Shown: one piece after another, positions 1 to 15,594 of the stretch
Position numbering within the stretch: position 1 is the first letter of the stretch
Layout: the number at the start of each line of letters is the position of its first letter
Assembly: GCF_001194135.2 (NCBI RefSeq)
Contig: NC_068983.1
Location: forward strand, 102,714,371 to 102,778,370
Direction of reading: 5' to 3'
From: Octopus bimaculoides
Taxonomy: Eukaryota
DNA length: 64,000 nt
Translations under genes and position numbers: made by a program
The notes under the pieces: generated by a model
Databases searched by the model: none
What the model was told of the DNA's origin: nothing
The model's input: the letters and a program-made list of their open reading frames with translations, nothing else

Positions 1-892
1 GGCAGACTTTGTAGAGCTACAGCCAAAATTCCTTCTGGTATTTATTTATATCCCTATAACAATTTCTGAGTTAAAAATCATACCAAGGCTGACTTTTATT
101 CATCCATGATTAAAGTAAGTATTAATTAATCACTGATATCAATTTAAGTGACTATGCCCCCACTGCCAATATTAGAAATCATTAAGTTTGTAAAATATAA
201 AGAAGTTGATCGTTGTATCTCTTATTAAAAATTCAGTATGAAAGTTTGAAATAGTTATAAAATTAACAACAAAATATAACAATTTTGTTTGCTCTCATCT
301 TATTATCTCAGGGCTTCCATATCCTCTACATTTTTGTAGTCCTGGTATTACATGTAGAAATTCACAGCCAGTATTTCAAAATAATTCTCTAGAAGACTCA
401 TGAAATCAATGACAAAACTATATGAAAATATATTTCTACATTAAGGCTACAGATAGTGAAAATTCAGTTTATTCAAAAGCAATCTTGTAAATGCCATTCT
501 CTTTGGAAAATATTTATTGTCATATTTCTAATTTCATATATTTCTTGTTTCAAAGAAATAGGTTTTTAATAGTGGTGGCTACAAAAGAAACTGAGTCAAT
601 TCTTTCCCCAAATTAGCATTGAATTGTTTTTTTTTTTTAATCTTACATTTACCTTAATTTTTTCATATTATACACTCGTACACACATATGTATATATGTG
701 TGAGTGCATATGTGTATATGCATATATGTATATACATATATGTGCATATTTATATATATATATATTTATACACACACATACTTGAATACACCAGTTCTCA
801 TATGATCATCAAAGTTAAGCAACAAATAAATGTGTGTGTGCTTGTGTGTGTTTGTGTGTGTAAATATATGTGTATGTATGTATGTATGTATG

Positions 893-987
<95 letters not shown>

Positions 988-1014
988 GNNNNNNNNNNNN
1001 NNNNNNNNNNNNNN

Positions 1015-1078
<64 letters not shown>

Positions 1079-4000
1079 CATATCTTAGCTGCTTTCTTGT
1101 ATATGAGCAAAGCCATTGCTAGAAAGAATCACTATATAGATATACATACATTCATATATGTGGGGAACAGCTTTTCTTTTATGCAGCTTTCATTAAATGC
1201 ACAACTATGGTCATGATTTATTCTTTATTTAAAAATTTTTTTCCTATTTTCTTAATGGTTTTCTATAGTTGGTTTGAAACAGTAGCATTCCTAAATTCAC
1301 AGGTGAAAGCCTACACACATTGAATATAACTTTATGAACTCTACTGTCCCAGAGCAACTGTAAAAAGTAAATTAGAATATAAAAAAATCTAAAATAGAAA
1401 AAGAACCAATCTGAACATTGTAGTGTATTTAATAAAACATATATATTCTCACACACACACACACACACACATATATTCAAAAAATTCAATTTTGGAAAAC
1501 ATTATTTTTACTTATTACTAACTTCTCCATTTAATGTAGATATAAATATTAATGATAGTGCAACACAATTATCTGAAATGTCATATTTTTAAAATTACAT
1601 TATAAATCTGCCTTTAGGACCATATCTCTTTCTAACAGTTCTTTTTTTGTTTTTAAGCAATTAAATTATGCAAGTACTGATCTAGTAAAAGAGGCATATT
1701 ATCCAATGAAATGGAATTTTTCAGCTAAAGAGAAAGAAAATTAAATATAAAGTTATTGTTTATCCTTTCATGTGTGCCAACATATTTTAGTTTTCATCTC
1801 AGTATATTTATTTCTGGATGGTTATATATGTCTTACATATCAGTGTGTGCATACATATACTATACTATATACATATATATAGAGAGAGAGTGAGAGAGAG
1901 ACAAATGATAGAAAATGGAATTACTGACTTTCTTTAAAAACCACTACAATTGTTTCAACACATTCTTGCATCTGTTGTTCATAGGAGAGATGTTGCATTG
2001 TCATTATCTTATATCTCCGGTGTTGAATGCACGTCCTCAGATGATTGGTTATATAAGTTCCTTATTAGATACTGTCAGTATTTCACTCAGTTTCATACTG
2101 TATACCTAGAATGATATACTATTCCAGCAGTTCAGACAGAACTAAAACCATGGGTTCAGTGAGAGACAAGATATACTTACAATCAAAATACAAAATATAT
2201 AGCTAAAAAATAAATCGATAAAAAAATAGACAAATGAATGTAAGAATAAAAAAATTAAAATATAAACAATGATAAAAATAATAAAAGGGTCCAATTGTCT
2301 TTGAACTTCTATTCAATCTAAAATCTAGATTGTAGGAAAGAATTAAACACTAGAAAATAAAGTGAAAGAAAAATGCTTAAGAATAATAAAGCAATAAGCA
2401 GGATGTGACTGGCTGTTTCAGTACATGTTGACTGTTTCTTTGTCTCTTTGACCCAAATTACTTTCATTCTCACCAAGCAAGACATACATATGTATGTGCG
2501 TGTGTGTGTATATATATATATAATTTAGAGAAATAATTATTAAATAATATTAAATAATTCAATAAGGAAGAATTTAATTCATACCCTCTAGAAAATAAAC
2601 ATATCATAAAAACCTTATTCAAAAAATCAATAAAATACATAAAAGAATGACTATGGTATAAAATGGTATAAAATGACTACGCACGTTTCATGGCTATATT
2701 TTCAAATAGATAACTACTAAAATATATGTTTTTATGATATATTTATTTTCTAGAAGGTAAGAATTAAATTCTTCTTTATTGAATTATTTAATAGTGGTTT
2801 TTCTCTAAATTATATACATATATANNNNNNNNNNNNNNNNNNNNNNNNNNNNNNNNNNNNNNNNNNNNNNNNNNNNNNNNNNNNNNNNNNNNNNNNNNNN
2901 NNNNNNNNNNNNNNNNNNNNNNNNNNNNNNNNNNNNNNNNNNNNNNNNNNNNNNNNNNNNNNNNNNNNNNNNNNNNNNNNNNNNNNNNNNNNNNNNNNNN
3001 NNNNNNNNNNNNNNNNNNNNNNNNNNNNNNNNNNNNNNNNNNNNNNNNNNNNNNNNNNNNNNNNNNNNNNNNNNNNNNNNNNNNNNNNNNNNNNNNNNNN
3101 NNNNNNNNNNNNNNNNNNNNNNNNNNNNNNNNNNNNNNNNNNNNNNNNNNNNNNNNNNNNNNNNNNNNNNNNNNNNNNNNNNNNNNNNNNNNNNNNNNNN
3201 NNNNNNNNNNNNNNNNNNNNNNNNNNNNNNNNNNNNNNNNNNNNNNNNNNNNNNNNNNNNNNNNNNNNNNNNNNNNNNNNNNNNNNNNNNNNNNNNNNNN
3301 NNNNNNNNNNNNNNNNNNNNNNNNNNNNNNNNNNNNNNNNNNNNNNNNNNNNNNNNNNNNNNNNNNNNNNNNNNNNNNNNNNNNNNNNNNNNNNNNNNNN
3401 NNNNNNATATATATGTATTATGTATGTATGTATGTACATATATGCCTGTGTATACATGTACAACTCTATGCACATATGTTGGCATATGTTTACATTGAGA
3501 CATTCTGTTTACAATAAATTATTGGGTGAAATTGTCACTTTTGTTTCTTACTATATTCACAATTTTTGTCTGCTTTGATTCCACAATGATATTTACTATG
3601 GTATTACTATTCTTTTGAGATAAAAGATGAGACAGAAATAAATGAGAAGCTGTAATACCATTCTTCCACCCTCACATAGGACTCTACCATTTTATATTTT
3701 GGAAACTGCATTACTCTTTCAAATATAAAAGATATTTCATTTAATCTTCTTTTATTTTTTTTAGTTGAATCTCTTTTATTTCAAACTGCATGGAGTGTAG
3801 GGTTAATTCTAGGTCCTAAATTTATAGCTTGTTATGATCCATATACAATTCATTTGCAGTTATATTTTTACAGCAGCAGTTTGCTGAAGTACTCTGTTTG
3901 ACCTTCACCTTCTAACAGAAGAACAGGGTTGAACTGCTAAAAATACAACTTTGATTGCTTGTGACAATCACTGATTATTCATATCAATGCTTTATCAATT

Positions 4001-6024
4001 ATAATTTCAGTTTGATTCAATGCAAGTATTAAATCATTAATTTTCTTTTCCATTAAATTCCAAATCCATTTAAGAATGTAGAAATAGTTTAAATTGTCTC
4101 AGAAAAAAATGAAATATTGATAAAAGTTGTTGAGTTATTTCACAGTTAATTAGAGAAATTTATTGTTTCTCAGTTTATGAATGGTTAAATAACTTATGAA
4201 GTTCAATACAGCTTGTTACCTTGTCTTTGCACAGAAAGATAAAATGGGTGCCTCTAGAAATAGCAGCCAAAACACCCCAATACCACACTATCATCTTATA
4301 AATAGGTTACAATTAGACTATATAACTCTTATGCATTTTATCTGGATAAAATATCTTTCATACGTTTCTGAATCAAGGTTGCCTTGGGGCTAAGCTACAA
4401 GATAAAATTATTTCAAAGATTAAACTATCATGAAATTATTTCACAGACCAATAAAAAAGAACAGTGAATTATACATTTATTTACTTAATTTGTTTTATTT
4501 TCTTGTTTGTTTATTTCTAGATTCTGCCTTAGACAACTTTTATTTAGATATATTTTTCAATAATTTGATTATATAAAAATTACATGCAAACGTTGGTTTT
4601 TTATACAAAATCAAGAGATAATTTAATGTTACCATATTACAGCAAAGGCAACTGTCATTTTATTGGTTATTACAGACATTATAAAATATTTCCTTTTGAA
4701 ATCAGTTCTTCTATTAATCAGGAGTTTGCAAAAATCTTAAGTACAAACTGAAAAATAAACTTGATGCCTTTATGGAGAATAAAATTTTATAACATTTAAT
4801 CATTTAATCAGTTATTAGAAAATTAAATTAAAAATTATGGTCATTTGACCATAATGTGCAACAGAAGTCAAATATATTTATAATTTTTTCTGTTGTGAAT
4901 GTAGGTAAAGGTTTCAAAATCAATTAATTACAGGTTCAATTTATCTAAAGCCAACCACAATAATTTTCAGTCAGAAAATTTCAATTTGAAATCCCTAAAC
5001 CATACCTTGGAATTGTGTGAGGGATGACATGATAAATATTTCACAAGCAATAAATCATTTGATATTCCATTAATAACTGTATCCAGTGGGGCCACACTTC
5101 AACAATATTAGAAATCATTTCATTGCATCATAATTTATAATATATCAGATGTTCAGTAATTCAAAGAACACCAGTCTTAGTAATCCAGAAAGCAATTACT
5201 GTACTCTTTCCTTTGAATGTGATTTGATCCAGGTATCCATAAAATAGTCACAAACAATTGGTAATCTATAAAACATCTGATCCACTAAGTAATCCAAAAA
5301 TGACATATACAGTATTGCAAATATTTACTATATCCACTAATCCAGGAGAAAAACAATTATTGATATTCATTAATCTTCATGCTCTACACAATGTAAGAAA
5401 TACAAACTCTATAGTCCTAAAGACAATGATGTAATTAATATGAATTATAACCCTAAAGACAATGATGTAATTAATGTGAATAAAAATATTTGTGAAACCA
5501 GTCAGCTGAAACAATTATAAATTATTCATTCAGCATTCTTAAATTAGTTCAGTTTGCACCTGTTTTTTGGTTTGTTTGGGATTTTTTTTTTTTTTTTTGC
5601 TTCTACGTGGCATCAAAAACAAAAAATGATAATCATCTAATGGTATGATGAAAGTTTATGATAAAAGATAAAAAAAAAACAGAGAAACTTAATTATAGTT
5701 TCAAATATATTTTGAGACTTCTCCAAATACAGTAGTACACCTTACCAGTTTTATTTGTCTGAAATAAGTGAAGTATACCTCCACAAATGCTTCGTTGCTT
5801 TTTTGCATTTTTTGCAATGTTTTCTATATATAAATATCTTGAAAATACTGCATCCATCCTCGCATTCATACCACATATATATACATACAAACATTTTATA
5901 NNNNNNNNNNNNNNNNNNNNNNNNNNNNNNNNNNNNNNNNNNNNNNNNNNNNNNNNNNNNNNNNNNNNNNNNNNNNNNNNNNNNNNNNNNNNNNNNNNNN
6001 NNNNNNNNNNNNNNNNNNNNNNNN

Positions 6025-6061
<37 letters not shown>

Positions 6062-6479
6062 CTTTACTAACTATCTTACTGTTTCATATAATAATTATGA
6101 TTGACTACAAGCATATAAGGGAATGAATATGCATATTAACAAACTGATATGATTTCATAACATGTTACTAACATACATACACACTTACGCATACACGAAT
6201 AAACATACATACTTGTATTCAATAACATTATACCGACACAAACACGCATATGTACACATAAATTAATTTAGGCTGTAAACATGTATACACACATATGAGT
6301 ACACATATAAACACTTGAACATATGCTCACACATAAACTAAAATGGACCATGGACATCTATGTTTATAATAAAACTTTTATTTCATTTTTATTTTATTTT
6401 TATTATTAATATTTCATTATTTTCATTATTTATTAATCTTTATTTTTATCCTTTATTTTTATTCTTGTATACTTTAATG

Positions 6480-6524
<45 letters not shown>

Positions 6525-6544
6525 CATTATTATTATTAATGCAT

Positions 6545-6579
<35 letters not shown>

Positions 6580-9419
6580 AAATATGCTCTCATCNNNNNN
6601 NNNNNNNNNNNNNNNNNNNNNNNNNNNNNNNNNNNNNNNNNNNNNNNNNNNNNNNNNNNNNNNNNNNNNNNNNNNNNNNNNNNNNNNNNNNNNNNNNNNN
6701 NNNNNNNNNNNNNNNNNNNNNNNNNNNNNNNNNNNNNNNNNNNNNNNNNNNNNNNNNNNNNNNNNNNNNNNNNNNNNNNNNNNNNNNNNNNNNNNNNNNN
6801 NNNNNNNNNNNNNNNNNNNNNNNNNNNNNNNNNNNNNNNNNNNNNNNNNNNNNNNNNNNNNNNNNNNNNNNNNNNNNNNNNNNNNNNNNNNNNNNNNNNN
6901 NNNNNNNNNNNNNNNNNNNNNNNNNNNNNNNNNNNNNNNNNNNNNNNNNNNNNNNNNNNNNNNNNNNNNNNNNNNNNNNNNNNNNNNNNNNNNNNNNNNN
7001 NNNNNNNNNNNNNNNNNNNNNNNNNTATATATATATATATAGTTAGATAGATAGACACATACATACATACATACATACATACACACATCTTCTTGGCTGC
7101 TTTCTCGTATACAAGCAAAGTCATTGCTAGAAAGAATCATTGAAATGAGTCAATACTGATGCAATGGGAGGCCCCTTGAGCCTGGCAAAATTTTGCACAT
7201 TCTATTACATAATGCACAGCTGTGCTGGCTGGCAGAAGAAACCGGTGCCACAGTATGAACATACATTCATACATACATAGAAGCATTACAAAAGTATAGC
7301 TATATGCATGCACATACATAGATAGATACATAACATATTCCTACACATACACATATAACAACATTCTTTTCATATGTCTCCATAGATACATACATTTTCA
7401 AGCAAAATCCATGTTCAAATTCAAACTGTTATTTCACTAATCGAATTTTCTTCAAAAACTCTCCAAATTGTTACCATACTAAAAATGGAATTTTGACTGT
7501 TCAAACAATAGTTTTAATGTTTAATATATGCAAATCAAATATTTCATCATTTATATTCTTGAAGAGGTTGCTTTGTTTGTTTGCTTGTTTGTTTTATATT
7601 TATCATTTATTTGTTTATCTATTGTTTACAGATTGTTAGATGAATATTAAAAAAAAAGCAATAGTTTACTATAGTTAGATAACCATTAGCAATCTCTATT
7701 TACTCAAAAATCTGGCAGTTGACTTTATAAACAAGTTCATTTCTAACCTTGTTGCTGCTGCTGTTGTTTTGTCAGAAACATTAGAATGTCAAAGAAAATG
7801 CTTTGCAGTATTTGTTCCAACTCTTTACGGTCTGAGATCCAATCCTGCCAAGGTCAGCTTTGTCTTGGCAAAGAATCATTAGCATGCCGGGCAAAATACT
7901 TAGTAGCATTTCTTCTGTCTTCAATGTTTTGAATTCAAATTCCAACGAGGTCACCTTTGCCTTTCATCCTTTTGGGGTTGTTAAAATAAAGTTCCAGCCA
8001 AATACTGGGGTTAGCATAATCAACTAACCCCAGCTCCCACTAAAATTGAGAGCCGTACCAAAATTTGAAATCACAATAATTATTATAATTATTATTATTA
8101 TTAATGGCAGAATGAGTAAAGTAAGAGGTAAAATGCTTTGTAAATCTAATTATGCCCCTTTATGTTCTGAGTTCAAATTGCCTTAGAATGATTTACCACT
8201 TTCAGGTTTCAGGAGGTCAATAAAAAAAGTACTAATCTAGCAGTGGGGCGGAAGTTTTTCCTCCCCAACATTAATGGTCTTCTGTGCCCAAGACAGAAAC
8301 GATAATAACAATAATAATAATGATGATGATGATGATGATTATGTTCTCTTTATTTTTTTATTTATTTATCATTTGTCATCACACCAAAATCAAAACTTGA
8401 GGATATATTTTCTTCTTTGAAATTATTTATCTGCATACATACACACATTCACCAATATCACACATATACATCCAAACACACACATGCATATATAAATATA
8501 TATATACAAACATACACAGACATATATACACAAGCAAGCACACAGACNNNNNNNNNNNNNNNNNNNNNNNNNNNNNNNNNNNNNNNNNNNNNNNNNNNNN
8601 NNNNNNNNNNNNNNNNNNNNNNNNNNNNNNNNNNNNNNNNNNNNNNNNNNNNNNNNNNNNNNNNNNNNNNNNNNNNNNNNNNNNNNNNNNNNNNNNNNNN
8701 NNNNNNNNNNNNNNNNNNNNNNNNNNNNNNNNNNNNNNNNNNNNNNNNNNNNNNNNNNNNNNNNNNNNNNNNNNNNNNNNNNNNNNNNNNNNNNNNNNNN
8801 NNNNNNNNNNNNNNNNNNNNNNNNNNNNNNNNNNNNNNNNNNNNNNNNNNNNNNNNNNNNNNNNNNNNNNNNNNNNNNNNNNNNNNNNNNNNNNNNNNNN
8901 NNNNNNNNNNNNNNNNNNNNNNNNNNNNNNNNNNNNNNNNNNNNNNNNNNNNNNNNNNNNNNNNNNNNNNNNNNNNNNNNNNNNNNNNNNNNNNNNNNNN
9001 NNNNNNNNNNNNNNNNNNNNTATATATATATAGATACGTACATACATACATATATACATACATACACACATACATACATCCATAAGCAGATACACATGCA
9101 CACAAATACATACAAGCATAGCATATCTTATGTTCAAAATCTTCATGAGATAAAAATAAAAAGTTTGTTTTGCCTTGATTTTATATTATTTAACATTAAC
9201 AACTGTAGCAGCAACAACAACAGGAAGAATAATATCTATACTTATATTTTCACACATGAATAACTACATATAACATATAGACTACTGATATGAGGTAGCA
9301 CTCCAACAGAGCAAGAATTGCAATTGTTTGAATCTGTTAAAGAACTAAGGAATTAGATACTTAGAGAAGTGTACCACATATGTTTGCTGACAGATACACT
9401 CATATCTATTATTAGATTA

Positions 9420-9990
9420 TAGATAAGTGGCAATGTCTTCTGTGCATTTACTTGCAATTAATCTCTTGAAGTTCTTGATTCTCAAGTTCTTGTGATTTTT
9501 GATGGGGGCCTTCTTGCAAGCAATTGTCACTCATAATGCCGGAATTTCCAAGAAGACTTTACTCTTATGAGTGCCCCTTCTTAACTTTGAATCCTATTTT
9601 ATCTGATTTAATGGCTCAGTCTTTTAATATCCCTATCTCGAAATTTATTATTTCTTTCTTTTATGTGAACATTTGTTTATCTTATTTCATTGCAATTTCC
9701 CTGTCCACTGATCATAACACACTAATAATCAGAGTGACAGCCATGTTTTTTTAGCCTTTAAATATTATGTCAAGATGGTTTGCAGAATCTTCTTCCCAAT
9801 ATGTAATCTGTACATTCTACAGAGTTGTTGTCCCCTTCTCGAAGAAAATAGAATAACATACCAAATAGCCATTATTTCACTTTCCCTTTGAGATACGTTT
9901 TCAATATTTACTTGATGTCAAGATTTAACAGTGCTTACAGATTTTCTTGTGTCAGAAGCTCTGTTGCACTTCAGTAAACACTTAACACTA
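9420..9990 (-). pseudogene. Possible highly decayed LINE AP-endonuclease remnant
   Basis: Broken translations LNLDI..LKTYLKGK and GNSGIMSDNC resemble APE motifs; a similar remnant (IINLYSD, LLVGDW.GKI) lies at about 23600-24250 (-). Confidence 0.3.
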
Positions 9991-10064
9991 GTTGTAGCAC
10001 TGGGCTCCCACTAAAAATAAGATCAACTTGTTCAATTGAATGGTCTGCACTACAGAGATGTTAA

Positions 10065-10280
10065 CCCTTTAGCACTCAGATATCTCTGTCAAATGTAATG
10101 CTTATTTATTCACATTGATATGAACTAGTTATACATTACCTTATAACTTTGAGATTTCAATGACATGATTGTTTATTTTTAGAATAACATTGCAGGGTAA
10201 GCATGAGAGGCCGGATCTGGCCAGTTTGAAGATAAAACAGATTATTTTGGTTGGATATGATCAGCTTAAATGCTAAAGGG
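10065..10280. mobile_element. piggyBac-type non-autonomous MITE (216 bp)
   Basis: TTAA|CCCTTTAGCA...TGCTAAAGGG|TTAA; related copies at 30685-30947 and 53738-53952, partial at ~34540-34651 and ~54230-54360. Confidence 0.85.
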
Positions 10281-11273
10281 TTAATGTAATATTCACTGAC
10301 ATTTTGTAGGATTATAGGAGTGTAGTGCCTTGTGTTGCAGTTACAATTCATTGTGCTTTTATATAAAAACTTCTGCTTGTCAGCCACATGTATATGGTCC
10401 TGTATCATAGATCTTTTATATGGTGATAATAATTCATATGAATATGTCTCATACAAATATCTCCCAAAACACAGTTTTTTACAGATTGCATTTCTATTAT
10501 TTTTTTAAACTGTTACTGATATTTTAACTTTAGCTAGTTTTAATTTCTTCCGTCTGTTTTATTACATACACCTTAAACATTTTCAAGTTTATATATTTAA
10601 TTAATCATTATGTAATAATGCCATTATCCTACTGTGAAGATCAATAGTTTCTGCGCTTCTTCACAGACATACTTTTAGGTTGTTTATCATTGCTATGTTT
10701 GTATACTACATACAAAACATCATGGTTGTTAACATTGTTGTTGTTGTTGTTGAAAGGGGCCACTGGTTAAATGGATGAATACCAGGACCTTGGCTTTTAG
10801 AGCTGAAGATTATGTCAAACTATAATTATATTATGTGCTCTTGTTCAAGTTATCATTACTACTTCTACTACTACTACTACTGCTGCTACTACTACTTTTG
10901 TAAACATTATGCTCTTTCTCTCTTTCACTTCTCTTGTACTTCCTTCTGTCTTTGTCTCTTTGTCGTTTCTCTCTCTCTCTCTCTACATGTATATATAGTA
11001 TGGTGTGTGTGTGTATATGTATGCATACATATATATATATATACACATGTATGTGTATACATATATATACAAATGTATGCATATGCATACATAAATACAT
11101 ATACATATATATTTATGTATATGTATATTCTTTTCTACAGTAAATATGAATATTTGCAATATTGAACTGTTTTACATTACTGTAATCTCTATAAAAGATG
11201 AAATAATTTTCTTTGATGTTTTTAATTTTTCCTGTTCCCCCAACCACACACAACTACACAATCACACACAGAG

Positions 11274-11351
<78 letters not shown>

Positions 11352-12516
11352 TATGTGGTACTATTCAGTCAACCATCCTAAACCAGTTAATCAGATCTCA
11401 AGTGAACTTTTCATTTATTTTGTTCAGCCGAACTACTCGGCCATCTTGCCACCAATTGTTACTCATTACGTCAAACTTTTGGTTTGTTAACAATTTTTCC
11501 TTGATGTTTTGTCTGAGATATATCTCTTTTATTGAATGATGTTATATTTTTACATGTAATGGCCTGTTTGACTGAGTGATACTCTACTTATCAACTGATA
11601 TTACATTTGTTCACTAAGACCTTTAGTAGTTTGTTATTAACAGCTTGTTATTTTCAAAGAAATCAGATTTGTTTTTGCTTCATTTTTTTTTTTCGGGAGA
11701 GAGGGGGTAATATCACATTAAGCAATATTATATTCTTAATGGTAATTCTTGCATTTTTTTAAAAAAAGAATTATATCTGGTGACCCTTTCTTCAATAGAA
11801 TATCAATTGCATTTTTGACAAAATCCCAGGTATCACTTATGCTCTTTATTTATAAAAGTTATATGACACTACATTGGGTAAAATTCAGCTGATCTTTCAT
11901 GGTGTAGACCAATGGTTACAAATTGTTTCACTCAGACGATCTTTTTCATCAATTCAAAGCTAATGGGGACCTAATATGGAAATAAATCATCTTATTCAGG
12001 ATCAATTATTCAACAAGATTAAAAGAATTTTCAAATTAAGCAATCATTACATTTTTCACTAAATGTCTTTGCCATTATTACTAAATCCAAGATGGTTTTA
12101 GTAATGAAATACATGTTCAGTGATTTTAAAACAGATATCTACTGGTTTAAACCACGCTTGCATCAAGTTTCAAAAACCAATTTTGAAATATCTTTCAAGT
12201 GTTTCCTGAAGAATGCCTTAATGATTCCACTTTATGACAAAAATGAATGTAACAAATTAAATTTAATGACAAATTAAAACCATTTAATAATGTATTAGCA
12301 TATGAAGATAATATAATGATAATGATTAAATATTAACAATAATTAAAACTCATGACGTTGACAATTCTTTTGCATGTCAGCATTAATAAAAAGGTGTCTA
12401 TATATTAGGATGGGACAAACATTCTATGATGGTAGGGACTAATATGTTATTGAATCTGCAGTCGCTGCTTAGGGAAATGGAATCCTTCTACTTTCATCTC
12501 ATCTTATCTTTAACAG

Positions 12517-13963
12517 TATTTTTATTCTGAAAGTTGCACTTCTGGTGACTGCTCTCACGTTGTTCTTTTTGAAAATCAACCACCTTTATCTAAGCCATCT
12601 TTATCTAGGAAGAATGCTCGCCATTGTGATCAGAAGCTTCAGCTGATCTTTCAAGCATTTTGCAAAAAGCTCTTCTATCAAGGTTCCATCAGACAACTCA
12701 CTATAAAAAAGTATCTTTGATGTTCTAATATTCCCATGCAGGATACATAACATACCCATATAGCTCAATTCTTGCCAGTATTGCTAGGGTACAGATACTG
12801 TTAATAAAGTTATATATATATATATAGCAAAATAAATAACTCCATGAAAGTTATAAAAAATATACTCAAATAACATTTCTCTTTTATTAAATTTTTCTTA
12901 TTAATTCATCTATTGAAGTATTAATTTTTCTGAAAGTTGGAATCATTAGGAAAGATATTCAATGAAATTGTGTATAATTTACATTTTGTCCATTACATAA
13001 TCTGAAGCATTGCCTCAATTTAACCACTACACCACTGAAACTCACCATTAAAACTTCATTTTGTTTATTTCTATTTTAATTTAAGATTTCCATATTCAAG
13101 TTATTTTTGATTGGTTGAATTCTTTTAAGCAAATTTAAATTTCATCCCCCTAAAATCACGTACTTGAATACAGACAAAAGTTACATTCTTCAATCATATT
13201 CTTCCTTACATCTGCTTTAAAGATATTTTAGAGTTGTCTTTCTCTAGAAATTGAAGATAAATATTTCTATTGTTTCCTTACACATTTATGCATACATGGG
13301 TTTATTATATGCATCTGTGTACAGATATTGTATACATATCCATATAAATTTATATATATACACATATATATCCAAATTAATTTATATGTGCATTTATATT
13401 CATACATAGCCATACATACATATACACACACATATCTCAACAGTTTTATACATACAATTCTGTATATTTAGAAGTTTATAAACTATATTATTATAATTCA
13501 TTTTACTTGCTTTATATTTACACATATGTTGACAAACAGATATTTAACACATCTTGAGAAATTCATAATTTCTAAATATAGGTAACTAAAAATGTATTAA
13601 TCCAAATGTTTCTAAAGATGAAGACAGAGCTTTTTAAATATATTTCTTTAGAGATTCATATCACTTTTAGATGCGGAAACAAAACCTGTGCTAGCTATAA
13701 AAATCAAATATTGGAGATTCATCTCCAGAACTACCCATTGTGCAAGCTATACATGCACACAGGACAGTCTCTTTATACTATACTCTTTATATGCTATATA
13801 TTTTTAGGGATAATGGTGTATACCAAGCACAACCAATTATAGAAACTGAAATAAACTCAGAAATAAGGATGTACTCTATACCCAACATTTCAAGTAATAT
13901 TCATCTCACCGTCCAGTGTGTTCGTCCTTATTGTTCCATATATGTCTTTACCCTGGGGCGTGT
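12517..13963 (+). other. Two phase-compatible candidate exons of an unidentified plus-strand gene (12517-12710, 13808-13963)
   Basis: AG/GT bounded, open frames YFYSESCTSGDCSH...RQLTIK and DNGVYQAQP...YVFTLGR; no family recognised. Confidence 0.25.
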
Positions 13964-14857
13964 GTATGTATATGTATAAAGTTACATATTATAGATATGT
14001 AACTTTGCAAATATATGTATATACATATGCTACACTTTAATAAATAATTAGTGATGTTTTTTTAGCATTAACACAAAAGCAATTATTAGTATATGGACGT
14101 AAATTCAATTGACTGTTTCCTAGAAAAACAATATTTTAAGAAGTAAACATTGCGAAATTATCATGTTTTTAAACAAAAAAAGCAGGTCACTCTATTTTAT
14201 TCTAATTTCATAGGTGTAATGGTAATGTGCATGAAAAGAGTTTGTGATCAGAAATATAGTTTTTCATATAATATTATGGAAGTGACATTTTTCCTTATAA
14301 AACTGAAAAAACAAAAATACAGTAAAAAGAAAATATACCAATAGAAAAATAACCATAAAATATATTTTCATTACTAATACATTGTTTTAGGTATTAGTTA
14401 GCAGATGGTGGTCCTATTTGTAGTTGAGATACTGTTTCCTTATATAGACTGAGCTCTACAGATTTCATTTGTATTTAAAGTATCTAAAGCGAACTGAAGG
14501 TTTTAAGAAAATCTTCACACACATACGCTGACCCAATCAATGTTTTTTCTCCTTCATTTTGAAAACCTTTTAATGAAAGTTAGTAAACAAAAAAGTATGT
14601 CTGAACATATACAAATACATACATATGTTTACATATATACATGTGTTTGCGCATGTATATATATGTATATATGTATGTATATGTGTGTATATATGCTGTA
14701 TATGATATGATATAATATATGATATAGTCTCTTAGTGATAATATATTGTCATTTCAAAATTTGTGCTTTAATGCTGAGCAGCCATTGGAAGACAAAACTC
14801 AACCAGTTACTAAAATATTCATAACATATATATATCATATATACATATATGTGTGTG

Positions 14858-14903
<46 letters not shown>

Positions 14904-15520
14904 CACACGCACACACAAACATATATGTATATGTACATATACGTATATAATATATATGTAAACAAAATGGTTTTTGGTATCAGTCTGTAGTGCAGTTGTG
15001 TTTGAGGCAATTTCACAACACTTTCTTTATTAATTGCTTCACTGAAATATGCAGAAAACTGAAAAAAAAGTTGTTTTATAGTTTCCTTGGTAATAGAAAC
15101 TTGCTGGGGATGACATTGCAGTCAANNNNNNNNNNNNNNNNNNNNNNNNNNNNNNNNNNNNNNNNNNNNNNNNNNNNNNNNNNNNNNNNNNNNNNNNNNN
15201 NNNNNNNNNNNNNNNNNNNNNNNNNNNNNNNNNNNNNNNNNNNNNNNNNNNNNNNNNACATTATTAAATCATATCTAAAATTAGGACCTTTTCCTTCTGA
15301 TTATTAAAAAAAATTACATACTTGTATGTATGTATGTACATATGTACATACATATGTTATGTACATATGCATGCATACATACATACATACATACATACAT
15401 ACACACATGCATACATACATACATACCTAGATTCATGCATGCATGCATAATTCCCACGACAGGTTTGTATCTTTGCTAGAAGCCAATTCCTCCCTCAGAA
15501 GATTTCAAATAATTAAAAAC

Positions 15521-15594
<74 letters not shown>

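Noticed and set aside
12601-12700. Minus-strand candidate terminal exon ELSDGTLIEELFAKC...ILPR*
   Set aside because: No recognisable homology, no consistent upstream exon chain, and it overlaps a better-supported plus-strand candidate.
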